Made by a program: the position numbers and the translations under genes. A stretch of 64,000 nucleotides of DNA from Microbotryum violaceum (Eukaryota), in assembly GCA_001244265.2 (NCBI GenBank), contig CDLV01000006.1:558001-622000 (forward strand), given 5' to 3'. Below are positions 14,580 to 27,774 of this stretch, piece by piece. The notes below the pieces were generated by a model, which had not been told where the DNA came from, searched no databases, and saw only the letters and a list, made by a program, of their open reading frames with translations. Positions within the stretch are counted from its first letter, which is position 1; every line of letters begins with the position of its first letter.

Positions 14580-16382
14580 ATGACATCTGGTGGTGGTAGC
14601 AACTCGACGCCGACGGTACCCCTTCCCGCGCCGATGCGCTCCGACACCTCGAGCTGCACTCCTCGCAGCGCCATGAGCACCACGCTTACCCCAGGTTCAG
14701 CGCAAGGCGATGATGTATCAACGACGAACACAATAAGAACAGTGGAAGAAGCCCAAGGAACGAGCGCCTCCGAGCCAGGCACGGTACAGCAAGAGCTTCC
14801 TCCGCAGGATCGTGGATGGCGAGCGTGGCGCTTCGTACTCGCGAGTTGCTTGCTCGACCTCTTTGTCAGTTCTGGGCAAACGTCATCGCAGGAGGGGGTC
14901 CAATCGGTTGCTAATTATCCTACGCCCCTACAGATCTGGGGTGGCACCTTCGCGTACGGCACTTGGCTCGAATACTACCTCTCGCACCCTCCCTTCCAGA
15001 ACGAATCGCCCGTCTCGCTCGGTGCCGTCGGAACGGTCGCGCTCGCGCTCAACTACGCCGAGATGCTCATCGGTATCATCCTCTGCGGCAAATACCCGCA
15101 CCATATTCGCAAAGGAATGTGGGCTTGCCTCGTCGTGTACAGCGGGAGCTTGCTCATTGCAAGTTTTGCTCGGCAGGTTAGTAACTTCGGCTCCTATTGG
15201 CTTTGTTTCCCAGGTGACAGGGGCTGATCCGACATATCCTACGGCAGCTGTGGACGTTGATGCTCTTTCAGGGCGTGCTGGCCGGTAGCGCTGGCGGGTT
15301 GTTGTACGCTCCAATCTATGTATGGCTTTCGCAATGGTTTCAAGCTCGAAGGGCACTGGCAGGAGGAACCATCTTTGCGGGAGCAGGCGTCGGAGGGTGA
15401 GCAGATTCTTCCCTTCCCTCGTTGCTTCCTCCCATGCTTCGATCTAACCTCCTGCAACGCTTGCGACACCCCTAGATTTGCCTTCCCCTTGATTCTCAAC
15501 GCACTTCTTCCTCCCTTGGGTTTCCGATGGACCCTTCGCCTTTTCGCATTGATCACCCTCATTATCTGCGGTCTCTCCGTCCATCTCCTCCAACCGCGTC
15601 TACCAAGCGTCCGACCCCCACCCAAATGTCTCCCCTCCTCATCGCTGGCCCCCAATCAACTACAGGCCCGTCAAGACCATGCTTCGGCCTCCGAAATCTC
15701 CTTCTCGATCCTCTACGACCCTTCCTTCCTCCTCGTATCCGGCACCGTCCTCACACAAGGAATGATGTTTTCCCCCATCCTAACTTACCTTCCGACCTAT
15801 CTCACCTCGTTCGAATCACCAACTCTGGCATCGCTCACTCTCGCACTTTTGAACGCGGCTACGATCCCGGGATTGATCATGACGGGTCATTTATGCGATC
15901 GATACCCTTATACTTGGGTTCAAGCCGTATCGACCCTCCTAGCGACGCTCTCGATTTTCCTCCTCCTTCGAATGGGGGATACTTTCTCGAAAACGCTTAT
16001 TTTCGCACTCTTGATCGGCGTCAGTGCAGGAGGTTTTGCTTCGACGTGGTTCCCTTCCTCCATCGACGTCGCGACCTGTACGGGAAGGAAGAAGGATGCG
16101 TCCCAATCGGCGGTCGTGTTTGGGTATCTTGCGATCGTCAGAGGTGTGGCGTCCATCGTGGGACCCGTTATCGCGGGTTCGGCCTATAAACCGACTAGGG
16201 TGGAAGGGGGGGAGAGGATGGGTAAGTTTGGATTGGGGAGCTTTGTGGTGCTGAGTGGGACTTTGGGTGTGGTTGCGTTGGGTTTTGTGTTGGGGAATGA
16301 GTTGTATAGGAGGTGGAGGAGGGGGTTAAGCATGAGAAGGGAGGCAGAGGGGGATGGGAAAGAGTTGAAGGAGTTCAAGTAG
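14580..16382 (+). CDS. MFS transporter, monocarboxylate porter (MCT/Mch) family
   Basis: LPPQDRGWRAWRFV, WGGTFAYGTWLEYY, QWFQARRALAGGTIFAGAGVGG (spliced), LGFRWTLR, GHLCDRY; many hydrophobic helices; 3 introns. Confidence 0.88.
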
Positions 16383-16562
16383 GGGTCGTGAACGTTGATG
16401 CAGCAGCATATCATACAGATCAAGGTGGAGCTCTTGTTAGATTGTTGTACACTTAAGCAAGTTGAATCGTTGAATTAGAGCTCTCTCCGGACGGCGCAGA
16501 ACTTTACACGTCTCGATTTCATAAAGCCAGCCGAACGTACAACATCCCTTACACCTAATGAC

Positions 16563-17589
16563 TCACAGCCTCGACCCACCACGACTCCCCTTCCCCTTCC
16601 GATCCAGCATCTCAATTTCCTCCCCCCCACCATGGGGTGATCTCTCCCCCTTGGTCTTATGACCCGCCCTCCTCTCCTTCCCGACGCCCTGGATATACAA
16701 CCTCCAAAACACCCTCCACAACCCTCTCACCAACCCCAAAGGAGGAATCCACCAATTCAACCTCCAACTCCAGCCTGCCCGTGCATCCAACTTTTTGATC
16801 ACTCTTTCGACTTGGGGCGTTAAATCGGCGAGAGGACCGGAATTGTCGAGCACGTAGTCGGCGTAAAGGAGTTTTTTGGACAGGGCCAACTGGGAGGAGA
16901 GGCGTGAACGGGCTTGGTCCGAGGTGAGCGAATTGCGCGATTGGAGACGTTGCAATTGGAGCGATTCGGAGCTGTGGAGTTTTTCGAAGAGGGGAGCTCA
17001 TGAGGTGTTTTGTCGAAGGGAGGGAGCACTTGAAACGAAGTTCCAACGAAAATCTTTGCGCCTCGCGCCCTCTCTATGAACCCTTCCGCGACAAGTATCT
17101 CATCTTGCCCGGTCCTTTGCAAAACAACTCACCAATACACCACCACAATCGCCCCACAAAACTTCCACAACCCCGCCTCTATCAACAACGGAGCATCGAC
17201 GACGACGACCTTCTGACCCTTCAACCAATGTCCGACCAACTTCTTGACCAACAACTTTCGAATAGCGGGATGGAGGATCCCATTGAGGACTTTACGTTCT
17301 TTTTCGTTACCAAAGACGATCGAACCTAGTTTATCGCGGTCGAGGGTTCGGTCGGGGAGAAGGATTTGGGGACCGAAGTGGAAGACGAGGGAGGAGAGGG
17401 AGGAGGTGCCGGGGAGGACTACTTCACGCGCTAGCACGTCCAGGTCGATCAGGGGCAGCGAATGCGATTTGAGGATTGAGGATACAGTCGATTTGCCTGG
17501 TGAGTGAGAGGGGACGGGAGCGTTAGTTGGAGAAGAGACGGTCGGGTGACTCGAGTGGAGCGCCGGATGACGATGACGATGACGATGAT

Positions 17590-17624
<35 letters not shown>

Positions 17625-17772
17625 TGATGATGATGGCGACGATATCGACATGCCGATGGTCCGTGAGTGACGTACCCGAGGCAATCCCACCCGTTAGACC
17701 AACGACTATCGAGATGGGAGTGGGAATCAGTACCAGTTGACTACGTCTCTCTGTAGGGGACTGACCAAGCAT
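16563..17772 (-). CDS. CAB5: Dephospho-CoA kinase (CoaE/Cab5)
   Basis: Spliced MLVVGLTGGIASGKSTVS (P-loop), IDLDVLAREVV, LDRDKLGSIVF, ILHPAIR, VVVDAPLLIE, ADYVLDNSG. Confidence 0.93.
17566..17640 (+). repeat. (GATGAC/GAT)n microsatellite in a CAB5 intron
   Basis: Read directly; lies between the GTACGT donor and CAG acceptor of the minus-strand gene. Confidence 0.85.
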
Positions 17773-18120
17773 GCTGACAGGCGTGACACTGCGCGGGGTG
17801 AGCGAGTGCAACCGAACCAAGCCAGGCCGACCGATCAAGCGCTCAAGCCCGACAGAGCCCGACGCAGTCCCGACGCGCGCCCGACAGAGCCCGACAGAGC
17901 CCCGAACTACCGGCGGCGTGCCGAATATTCAGGATTTCCTCTCGTCAAATACCGCTCCGAGTAGTAGTGCGTGCAAACATAGTCATTATCTCAGTCATCT
18001 TTTCAGACAATCTCTATAATGTACAACACACAAAGATCACTGCTCAAGAAGAGACCGAACCCATTTCCTTTCGGTTCTTACTGCATAGTAGTAAACCACA
18101 TCATCACGTCCACAAGACCT

Positions 18121-21100
18121 TTAATTCGACCGGTCACGAACGATCAAAGCTGTTGATTGTGCTCGGCCCGTAATGGCGGACCTCTTGGTGACTGAAAGGG
18201 ACGTTCTGGTCGAAGTCGACTTGGAGGTCGAAGTAGAACTCTTCGAAGCTGAGGAGGTCGTACTGCTCACGACGGGCGCGGTGCCGCTAAGAAGCATGGG
18301 TCGAATAAGGTCAGTGACCCATGTTTTTGTGTATATCTTGCTTTTTTTTTCCCTTTTTTATTATTACGAGAACTCACCAAGCCACTCGATCGATGCACAC
18401 CGCTCCGTTCGCAGCCGCGGCGTTCGAAGCGCATGTACCCAGGACCGTATGCGCGAAATTGATCGTTGTCGTCAAGCCGACGAGAGCTCCGGTCGACTTG
18501 AGGTAACACATGCGGGTATCGAAGGCAAATTCAAAGTAGGTTGCTCTGGGGGTTGAAAGCGTGCGCGTGAGGCAGGCGTTGTAGTCCGTAGAGACGGCGC
18601 GAGACTAAAGAAGTGTGTTTTTCGGAAGGATCGGTTAGCTACAGAACACTCGGACGGATTTCAATTGGCCGAGGAGAACACCTCACAAGTTCAGCCGACC
18701 TGGTTCCAGTACCTTGCCAACTGGGGTAGACAGACCATGCCGTCGTACCCGTTCCCGTTGCACAGACCGGCGACGAAGTTTGCCACATTGCGCACGACGC
18801 ATTTTTGGCTGGTGAGAATTGCAAAGGGGAGTGCGGATGAGTAAATCAATGCACGAGGGTTAAAGTTCTTCTTCCCATAATTTTCGTGACATACTGGCAG
18901 TAGCGTAGACCGTGCAATTCGTCGCCGGGACGAACAGGTTCCACATCTTGCCATTCGTCACAGGGGTGAAGCTGCCAAAGGCGTTCGTTTGGGTATACAG
19001 CGAGCAGATCTTGGTACTGTATCAACAGGCAGCAATGTTGAAGCATCAGTAACCGCCTTGTTTGATTTTGTCTCGACCAGCTCGGTAGCGGTCTTGACTT
19101 ACGCTTGCGTGTAGGTAAAGTAAGTGCAGGCCAGAAAAGTGTCGCACTTGTAGCTACACGCGTCGTAGGTGGTCGCCGATGACTGTAAGGAACAGAAAGA
19201 TGAAGTCAGCACTTTGATTGCTCTTGAGTCGATGATCGAGCTCCGCTTCGAAGAATAAGAAAAGACAGGGGCTCAAACGATCCAAGACTCACGTTCGAAG
19301 CACCACTCGGGACGGAAGCGACCATGTACGCGGCGTAAGTGCGCATCGCACGCGAGCTGTTAGCAGCCGTACCACCGACAGCGACCGTGGTCGGGCTAGG
19401 AAGTACGCTACTCCTTGAAGTCGTAGAGGAGGAGGTGACTTTGCCCGATGCCGTGGCGGAGCTGCGTGGCGTAGTCGACGCGGCGGTGGCGGAAAGAGAG
19501 ACAGTAGACCTAGTAGAGGATATAGTTGCAGAAGGGGCGAGGGAGACCGTTGAACGCGTCGAGCTCGTCGTGCTCGAGCGACTCGCGGTCGTAGACTTGG
19601 TCGTCAAGCTCGAGGGAGTCGTTGTCGGGTTGCTCGCCACGACCTGAGGTGCGCCATTGGGCAATGACTCGACCTGCGCCGTGCCACTCTTCTGGGGACT
19701 CGTCGTCGTCGTTGATTCCGAGACGTAGTAGATTTGCCATTCGCTCAAACCGATGTTGCTCGTCGTCGAACTGACGCCAGTGACGGTGAAGACGACGGTC
19801 GTTGTTGTCTTTGTCGAAAAGTTGATCGTCGTAGCTGTACCGGCGTTCACCAGAGTCGGGACGGCGACAACCGAGCCATCGGAGAATGTGACCGTACCGG
19901 CCGTAACTTGGTCGTTCAAGTTGGGTCGGTCGTACATGACGAAACGGTTCATTGTAATCGGCGATGACCAGGTGATGGTCAAAGTGGCGCCAACACCTTG
20001 TCCGTTCGAAGCCCACTGCGAAAGCCCAGAATCTGGTTGGTTATGGCGCTTGATCATACTTCAGCAAGGCTAGACGTACCTCTTGTGTATAATCTCCACC
20101 GCTCGTTGTGTATCCACCTATAAGACCGTCGCAAGCCTTCTCGGCACCCTGACCTGGGCCATTAGACGAGCTGGTCGCAGTGCCCAACATCGCAAGATCG
20201 GTATTCGGTGTGGGACTAGCAGCAGCAGCTGAGCCCGTCGTCGTCGTTGTGCTCGCACTGTAGTGAGAATGGGACAAAAGCCGAGAGTGAGTAAGAGCAT
20301 GCAACAGCATCCACGTCAGAGACTCTTCCAGATCACTCACGTAGGTAGGACATAGTAGATCTGCCACTCGCTCAATCCAATGTTAGAGGTCGTCGAACTC
20401 GTACTCGTGACCGTAAGGGTGACACTCGTCGTGGCACGGCCAGTAAAGCTAACGGGTGTAGCCGTTCCGGCATTCGCGAGAGCGGGGATCGAGACCGTGG
20501 ATCCGTCGGAGAAGGTGACAGATCCACCGGTGATCTGATCGTTCAGATTCGGTCGATCGTACAAGACGAATTGGTTGATGAAGATGGGCGACGACCAGGT
20601 GATGGTGAGGAAGGCTCCGACGCCTTGGCTGATCGTTGACCACTGGTGTGACAAATTTGCAAAGCGTCAGTTAGAAGAACTCCTACACGGCGAGGAAGTG
20701 GAACTCACCTCAGCGGAAGAGTTGCCTTGACCATTCTCCGTGTAGCCACCGATGATGCCGTCCTTTGCCCGCTCGGGCCCTTGCCCGGCAGCACCAGTCG
20801 AAGCGGTAGCGGCACCCACGAGTGCGATATCAACGCCGGGAGAAGGTGTCGAGACAGGAACCGGCGCGGCCGTCGGGGTCTTGGACCTGTTTGTCATGAT
20901 TGCAGCCGCGTGTCTGAGTGTCAGCTCACTATAGTGAAATTTGAGAATAAGAAGAATCGCAAGCTTACATAGATGTGCTGGTCGTCGTTGCAGTTCCGGT
21001 TGCGGGTGCGGATGTAATTGTGATTGTGATTGCGGTTGCGATTGTGGTTGCCGGGGCCGTGGCCGTTGTTGTGGCCGTTGTTGTGGACGTTGTCGTGGCC

Positions 21101-23630
21101 GTGGTCGTTGCCGCCGCAGTCACCAAGTACATCTGCCATTCCATCAAACCAATGTTGGAAGTCATCGAAGAGACCTTGGTTACTCGGAGCGTGACCTTGG
21201 TCGTCGTCTTTTGCGCAAAGTTGACCGTCAAACCCGCGCCATTGTTGGGCAAACTCGGGATCGTCACGACGCTGCCATTGCTGAAGGTCGCAGTCGCGCC
21301 AGTGATCTGATCGTTCATATTGGGTCGGTCGTAGAGGATGAAGCGGTTCATCGTTTGCGCTGAGCTGAAGTTGATGGTCAACGTCGCTCCGACGCCTTGG
21401 TGATCCGAACTCCACTCGGCAGCTTCGTTGCCTGTTCCATTCTCGAGGTAACCGCTCAAAATACCGTCGATGGCGGCGGAGGCCGGTTGACCATCCGCAG
21501 TGGTCGAGGACGTAGCTGTACCCAATTGTGCCAAATTAGGTCCAAGTGCACCAGTAGGGGTCGAGGCTGCGGAGGTGGTCGTCTTGGAAGGCGTTGGCGT
21601 TGTGGTGGTCACTGTCGAGAGCACGCAGCGTGGGCACGCCACACCCCAGGCCTGCAGCTCGGACAAGCCGACGTTCGAAGTCGAGGCCGAGACTTTGGTC
21701 ACGGTCAAGAGCAACGTGTTGGTCACGATCGATTGATTGAAGTTGACGATGAGTCCCGTTCCTTCGTTGAGCGGGTTCACGAAAGAGATAGCTCGTCCGT
21801 CGGAGAAGGTTAACTTTCCTGCCTGCAGCCAATCGTCTAAGTTCGGTCTATCGTACAGGATGACACCGGTGAGGTTTTGCAGCGTCGACCAAGTCAGCTT
21901 GGCCCAGCTACCCACACCGCCATGATTGGTAGCCCTGTTGGGGGTGGCAAAGGACCGAAGGGTTAGTCTGCGCATGCGCCCATGAAACAAGAACGTCCTT
22001 ACCATTCTGCTGTTTCATTGGCCGGGTAGCCAGAAATGACACCATCGTTCAAACCCGCCGCGCTGGTCCCACTTTCCACACTCGACACGCTTGGCACGGC
22101 CGTCAAAGCGACGTTAGTGCCCGCAGGCAATCGCTTCGGAGGCGTCTGGGCGCTCGAAGACGTCGTGGCAAGCGCCGGAGTGACGGCGTACTGGCGTTGC
22201 AACCAGTACACCTCGCCTCGTCCGGCGGCCTGGCAGTCGGACAACGAGTGGCATTCGTTGACATCGTAGGGCGTGTATGCGAAGAAGGCAGCGCACTTGG
22301 CCTTGTACTCGCTGGAGGTGGTCGATAAAGTCGGAGGGAGGTTCGACACCGGGTAGCCCATGTAACCCGCGAACGTCGGTGATCCAAGTGTGTACGCGCT
22401 GACGGCTTCTCGCGTAATTCGGCCTGTAGCGATATGATCGGCGTGATCTCCACCATCGAACTAATGGTGTGTCATGAGAAGCGGTCAGAGTATTCTCATC
22501 CTCTTCATATACCCGCTTTAGCCCCTGGGAGGACTCACGGCGGACAAATGATCCAAAGTTCTCACGACGGTCGGTTGACGAGCATTCAGGATCTCCACCA
22601 AAGCATTCTGCAGATCATTATAGGTGTAGTACGCATTCATGGACACAGTGTTGATCGTGCCGATCGTGCCAAAGTACAAGTCGCGTAATGACTCCGATCT
22701 GCAGGAAAGACTCCGAAGGTGGGTGTTAATTTGGGGAGTTGATTCGGCGGCAAAGACTTGGCGTGCGCCATGCTCACCCGGTTACAGAGTACCCGGATCC
22801 ATCAATATTGCCGTCCGGTAATCGGAACCAGAGCTTTTGCACACCTGGGGCTCCGATGAGAGTGCGCACGAGCACCGGCTGTCCACCGAAAGTGGCGAAG
22901 AATCTGAAGAACCAATCGCCGACACCAAGTCAGCTTCTCGGTACCCAAGGTCGGGATAGGCTCATGAGTTTCGCTGAGACGTGCTCTGTGTAATTGTTGG
23001 CTACACTCATCATCTGTGCATACGCGGCTTCACTACCGCCTTCTCGACTTTGAGCATAGTCGCTTCCCGATCCAGAGTCGCCGGATCTGATAGATCACGA
23101 AACAGGAATATCAGTCCTAGGCACAAACTACCGGTTTGTTTTGACTGTGCTCACGTCAGGTAGATGGAAGTATGGCATGCATTGCTCGCGAGATCGCTTT
23201 GCAAAGCCGGGCCGGCGAACAAAAGGTCGTCGTCGGGATGGGCGACGATATCTGCAGTTCACAGGGAACGAGGGTCAGCGACAGACCATGCGGGTAGAAA
23301 CTGGTGACAGGGTGGCGGTGTACTCACAGATTGCACCACTGTTACAGGTCCGAGCGGAACGGGATGCACGAAGAACGAAGTGTATGTCAGTCGCCAGAGA
23401 AAGAACCCCAAGTCCACACGCGCGAGACCGTGCCTTTGCCCCGGCCCTGTCGCCGGCCGCACCTGTACGCTCGCAGTTACGCGATCAGGGCCCCTTTCGA
23501 GCCTGATGACTCACCCAAGGCAGTTAAAGACGCCCGCGGCTGTGGTGTAGCGAATCAGGGACAGCAGCAAAATCAAGTACATCCCAAACTTCATGTCCTT
23601 GCGGCCTGAGCTGTGCCGAGGCCAAAGCAT
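18121..23630 (-). CDS. Secreted multidomain protein: PIG-L/LmbE (CE14)-type Zn deacetylase, 4 galactose-binding-like beta-sandwich repeats, S/T linkers and PAN/apple-like Cys modules
   Basis: Signal peptide MKFGMYLILLLSLIRYTTAA; spliced IVAHPDDDLLF...IYLTSGDSG..YAQSREGGSEAAYAQM...WFRLPDG...DHADH; four repeats with DG.I.GY..EW...LYDRPN.ND...NIGLSEWQ; C-terminal TYDACSYKCDTFLACTYFTY. Start is either 23630 or 23594. Confidence 0.85.
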
Positions 23631-24625
23631 GATGGATGGTGGGTGTCGCGTCGGAAGCCGCAGGCGGCGGCGCTTTGTTTGGAGAACGGAGGCCCACGTC
23701 TCAAAGGGAGGTCTCGGTTGGGTAGGGCGCGGGGCGTGCTGCGATCCAGGGGCGAATCGAGAAGCCGGAAGTGAGAGCCTGGGATCGGACGTCGATGTAC
23801 ACTGTCGATGTGAAAGGGAGGGGTATATGTGATCGGGGAGGGTCGCTGAGTACGACGTGTGTGCCACCCATTCTTGTTCTTATTTGCGCGACTCCAAAAA
23901 AAAGGAAGGCATCGCCTTAGCCGGGGACATCTCGGCAGAGAGTCGAGTTTGACTTGATCGAGAAGTGGACTCGTGCGGGGGTGCCTTTCGTCGAGGTTTC
24001 GCGGCGCGGCGCGAGGCTCTGAAATTCGCTCGGGCTTACTGTCGACGAAAAAAGTGTAAGCTTCGGGCTTGGGTGCTTATGGATACAGTCATATCTACTT
24101 CAGCAAAATCGCGATTTTTTGGGGGCTGGTTTGACCAATCGATTACTCACACATGAAATCCCTAAACTCACATCGGGCCAGGCGTATTTTAGACGACGCA
24201 GAACGCCCCCAGCGAAAATCCCGAGCGCCAGCGGCCAAGACTACTGATAAACACCCCTTTGTCTCACTAACGGGGTGTCTCATCTTACTCAGCCTTATGA
24301 ATGGAGTTCGTCCTCGCGCTTGGCCCCGCGCGCGCTCGAGGTGAAACACGCTGGGCTCGCGCAATTGTCACGAACTTGCCTTGGCCGTCTTCATCATGAC
24401 CTTTGTGGCTAGGGTGGCACTGATGTGGAAGCCCAGGTTCGGGTGGTGCTTGCTTGTTTTCGTTCTTTCTTCTTTGGGAAGAACAAGATCCCAGCTGGTC
24501 CTACTAGTTCTTCTGCCTCACAGCATCGATTACATCACCTGCGGCCTTTCCCTCTGTTATTCGTTGGCCGCCTGCAGTGCATGCAGTGCTGAGTGCAGGC
24601 GATTCGCGCATCTGCGAAGCCTCGC

Positions 24626-24712
24626 CGGATTCGCCGACGAGTCCGACGCTCGACGGATTCGCCGACGAGTCCGACGCTCGACGGATTCGCCGACGAGTCC
24701 GACGCTCGACGG
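24626..24712 (+). repeat. 28-bp tandem repeat, three copies
   Basis: CGGATTCGCCGACGAGTCCGACGCTCGA repeated three times exactly. Confidence 0.92.
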
Positions 24713-25375
24713 CCATGTTTAGCCGACGCGGCCCTTGTTCACTCCGAGGCTCACCTAATAGTGCATGCGCCACCGTCGTGCATTCCTTGAGACTTGCTCG
24801 ATTGGGATTGAAACGGCCTTCTTTATCCAATTGCTACATTGCTACACTTGGGGCGTGAGATGAGCTCTTTGTGATGCGCTGCAATGTTGGGCTGTGATGG
24901 TTGTGGGGACGGCGGTCGTCCGGTTGTGACTTTTGGGTTGCAGGACGTCTACGGCCGAAGTCCAAGTACGAGAGTCAAGAGTCAATGACTAGCGCGGGAT
25001 TCAGGAACGGAATGAGATCAGACACAGTTGATCACTTTTTTTGCAGTTTCTGGCTCCCTTGGCTCGAGGTAGCCGGCGCGCACAGGGCCCCAGGGCGCCA
25101 AAGACGGACGCAAACAGGGGAGGGATTTTGGATCGACAACGCTCTCCTTTCCATCTTTGGGTCTAGGCGTTGACCGTTCGTGTGACGCTGGACGCGCGAG
25201 AGGCAACAAAATGAAGATCTGAAATGATGCTAAGTGATGTTAGGTCGGAGGTTCTGATATAAATAATAGCAAAGCCGGCGGGCCGCCCGTGGCTGCGACA
25301 ATGATGGCGATGTCCCCAGGTCCCGCTGCTCCCCTCCCGTCCCCTCAGCCACAGCCACCGGGTCAACTACACACC

Positions 25376-27138
25376 ATGAATACTCTCATAGCAATCGCTC
25401 TACTCCCCCATATAGCCCAAGTAAGCCCGCCTCCTTGCACCCCAACACGCGGCAGGTAAGCCACCGCTGCCGTGCTGCCCAACTGAAACCCCTTGGTGTT
25501 CGGTTGTGCGTCCCTCCTCCCCAGGCGGCATTGACCTTACGAGGACCGGACCAACTCGTCCAATGCGATACCGCAAGGTTCAACTGGAGTGGTGGGTTCA
25601 TCCCCTACAGCTACAACGGTAAGCCACTCAGCTGCGCAGGGCTGGGCGAAGAGGGGGGTTGCTTGTGCCTCAGCTGTGACTAACCCGGTTGGTCGAGCGA
25701 TGGCCTAACAGCCGGTCCGGTGACGGCTTCGAGTCTTGAACAGAACAGTACTATTTGGCAAGGCGTGGATTGGGTTGTGGACTGGCCAGCAGGTGGGTCG
25801 TAGATTTAGGGAAAGCCTTGCGCTGGGGCGGCTCCTGTGCTGACAACCAACACTCGGCGGCCAGGCACGCCGATCAACTTCCGCGTCGCCACGGCTTTGG
25901 TGAGCACTAGTCTTACGAACTTGGCAGACTCGAGCGCATGCTGAGCTCTTTTTCATTTGATTTGGATAGAGGATGGACCCCTACCCTGATCAAACGTACG
26001 CCTACGCCGGCACCAAGATCGTCCAACCGAGTCCGAGCGGCGACGCGAGTTGCATCCCCGACTCGCATACCCACGAGACCGTTTTACCCAAGTCAGTGGA
26101 TGAGCCTCTGAGATGTTCTTCAGCCCGGAGAACACATGGCTGACGTTTTGCGTTGTGACTTCGTACAGTCAAGTCCGTCGAGAAATTGAATAGGTTTGTC
26201 AAACGGTTCGGGGCTGATGTGGTTCTCTCGTGCACACAGATGGTCATCACTTCGACCTTTAACCCGACGTTCAAGGTCTGTGCTCCGTTCAACGTCACCT
26301 GGACCGGTGGGGTCGGACCTTTCACCATCATGGGTAAGTCTGTAAATCGATATCGTCTACTAGGTTGTTTCTGAGCGAAGGCGTGCTTCACCCTGTGCGC
26401 AGTCATTCCCGTCGACTGGGAGGAATATGCGCAAACGTTCACGGCCAACGATCGTATTTTCACCTGGACGCCGAGCGTTCATGCAAGTAAGTAGTGAGAG
26501 ATTGAGTTAATCATCGAGACTTTGTGATTCGATCCGATCGCTCTTGCTCACCTGTCACAGGGAGTTCGGTCTATTTGTCGATCGCGCCGGCGGATTTCCG
26601 CACATCTACGGTCGTGCATTCCCCGACGGTCTTTCTTGACGATGCACCCAACAATGAATGGTAAGCTCGCAAAACATGCTGACCCTCTCGTACAGGCCAG
26701 CCAGAATTGACCTTGTTCTCCCCCTCGCTGCACCGAAAAAGCGTCGACCCGGCGTTTCGCAACGTCTCGTTCATCGCGCGACCGGAGAAGACCCCCCCTC
26801 GTCTCGCCGGCGGTCCGATCCAACACATACACATCAACCCTGGAATCACGATCGGGAACCGCATCGTCATCGGTCTCGGCGGGGCCCTCGTCCTTATTGT
26901 CTTTTACGTGAATCGGATCATGACCAATCGGGTCCAGAAGAGGATGGCGTACGAAAGGCTCTGGTACCAAGGGCAAGCTTTGAAGGAAGCCGAAGCGAAA
27001 ATGCTTTCAGATTACAGTGGAGGCAGTAGTCCTATTGAACCGTTGAAGGCGCAGACATTGCCGAACGATGCGAGTGGGACGTTGTATTACGATGTCCCCG
27101 TTGATTCAATGGGTGGGCTGATCCGAGTGGTTCGTTGA
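25376..27138 (+). CDS. Hypothetical single-pass (type I) membrane protein with signal peptide
   Basis: MNTLIAIALLPHIA.., LVQCDTARFNWSGGFIPY, a second similar module VCAPFNVTWTGGVGPFTI, and TM segment IVIGLGGALVLIVFYV. Many short exons; exon structure only partly resolved. Confidence 0.65.
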
Positions 27139-27774
27139 TGGCTCGGACACGACAATGAGCCCCTCGTTCCTTTCCTCTGTAGACATACTCTTAGTTGCCT
27201 CAGCCGCTGTCTAGATCCGATCATTACCCTTCCTTCTTCCTGCTTCCTCACTTCGGGCCCGGGCTGTACAAATCCTCCGAGCTTCTCTTTTCGTAGTGAA
27301 GATTACCACGCCTCTTGGATTCGTCCTAACCCTCTTCTTTCTTTTGCGTACACTTTTCTTCCTCTTTCCTTTTCTTTTTTCTTCCTTTGTTCGAAATTCC
27401 ATGGACGCGACCACCTTTTCGTTTGTTCCCATGCGGCCGAGTCAGCCGAACGCTGAGAATGGGTCCGAGCGCGAACGGCCGCCGCCCGACGCCCACGTCA
27501 TTAACCTCGTTCGCGGCCAAGTCACGCCGCTCTGGCCTTAGTTTCCCGCCGTCCAGACCGAGCGCAAGCACTTACGCGACGTCCATCGTGGCACCTCGTA
27601 ACAAGGCGGAGACGGGAGTGGCGTGCAAGTACTCACCTGGCTCGTCGAGATCGACTCGCTGCTGGATTGAACGAGGTCAAGCCACCGCGACGACGGACCG
27701 TTCGGACGCGTGACTGACTCGCACGAGACCACGATCCTCATCAAAAAAGCATCGACCAGACCGTCTCCAAGGCC

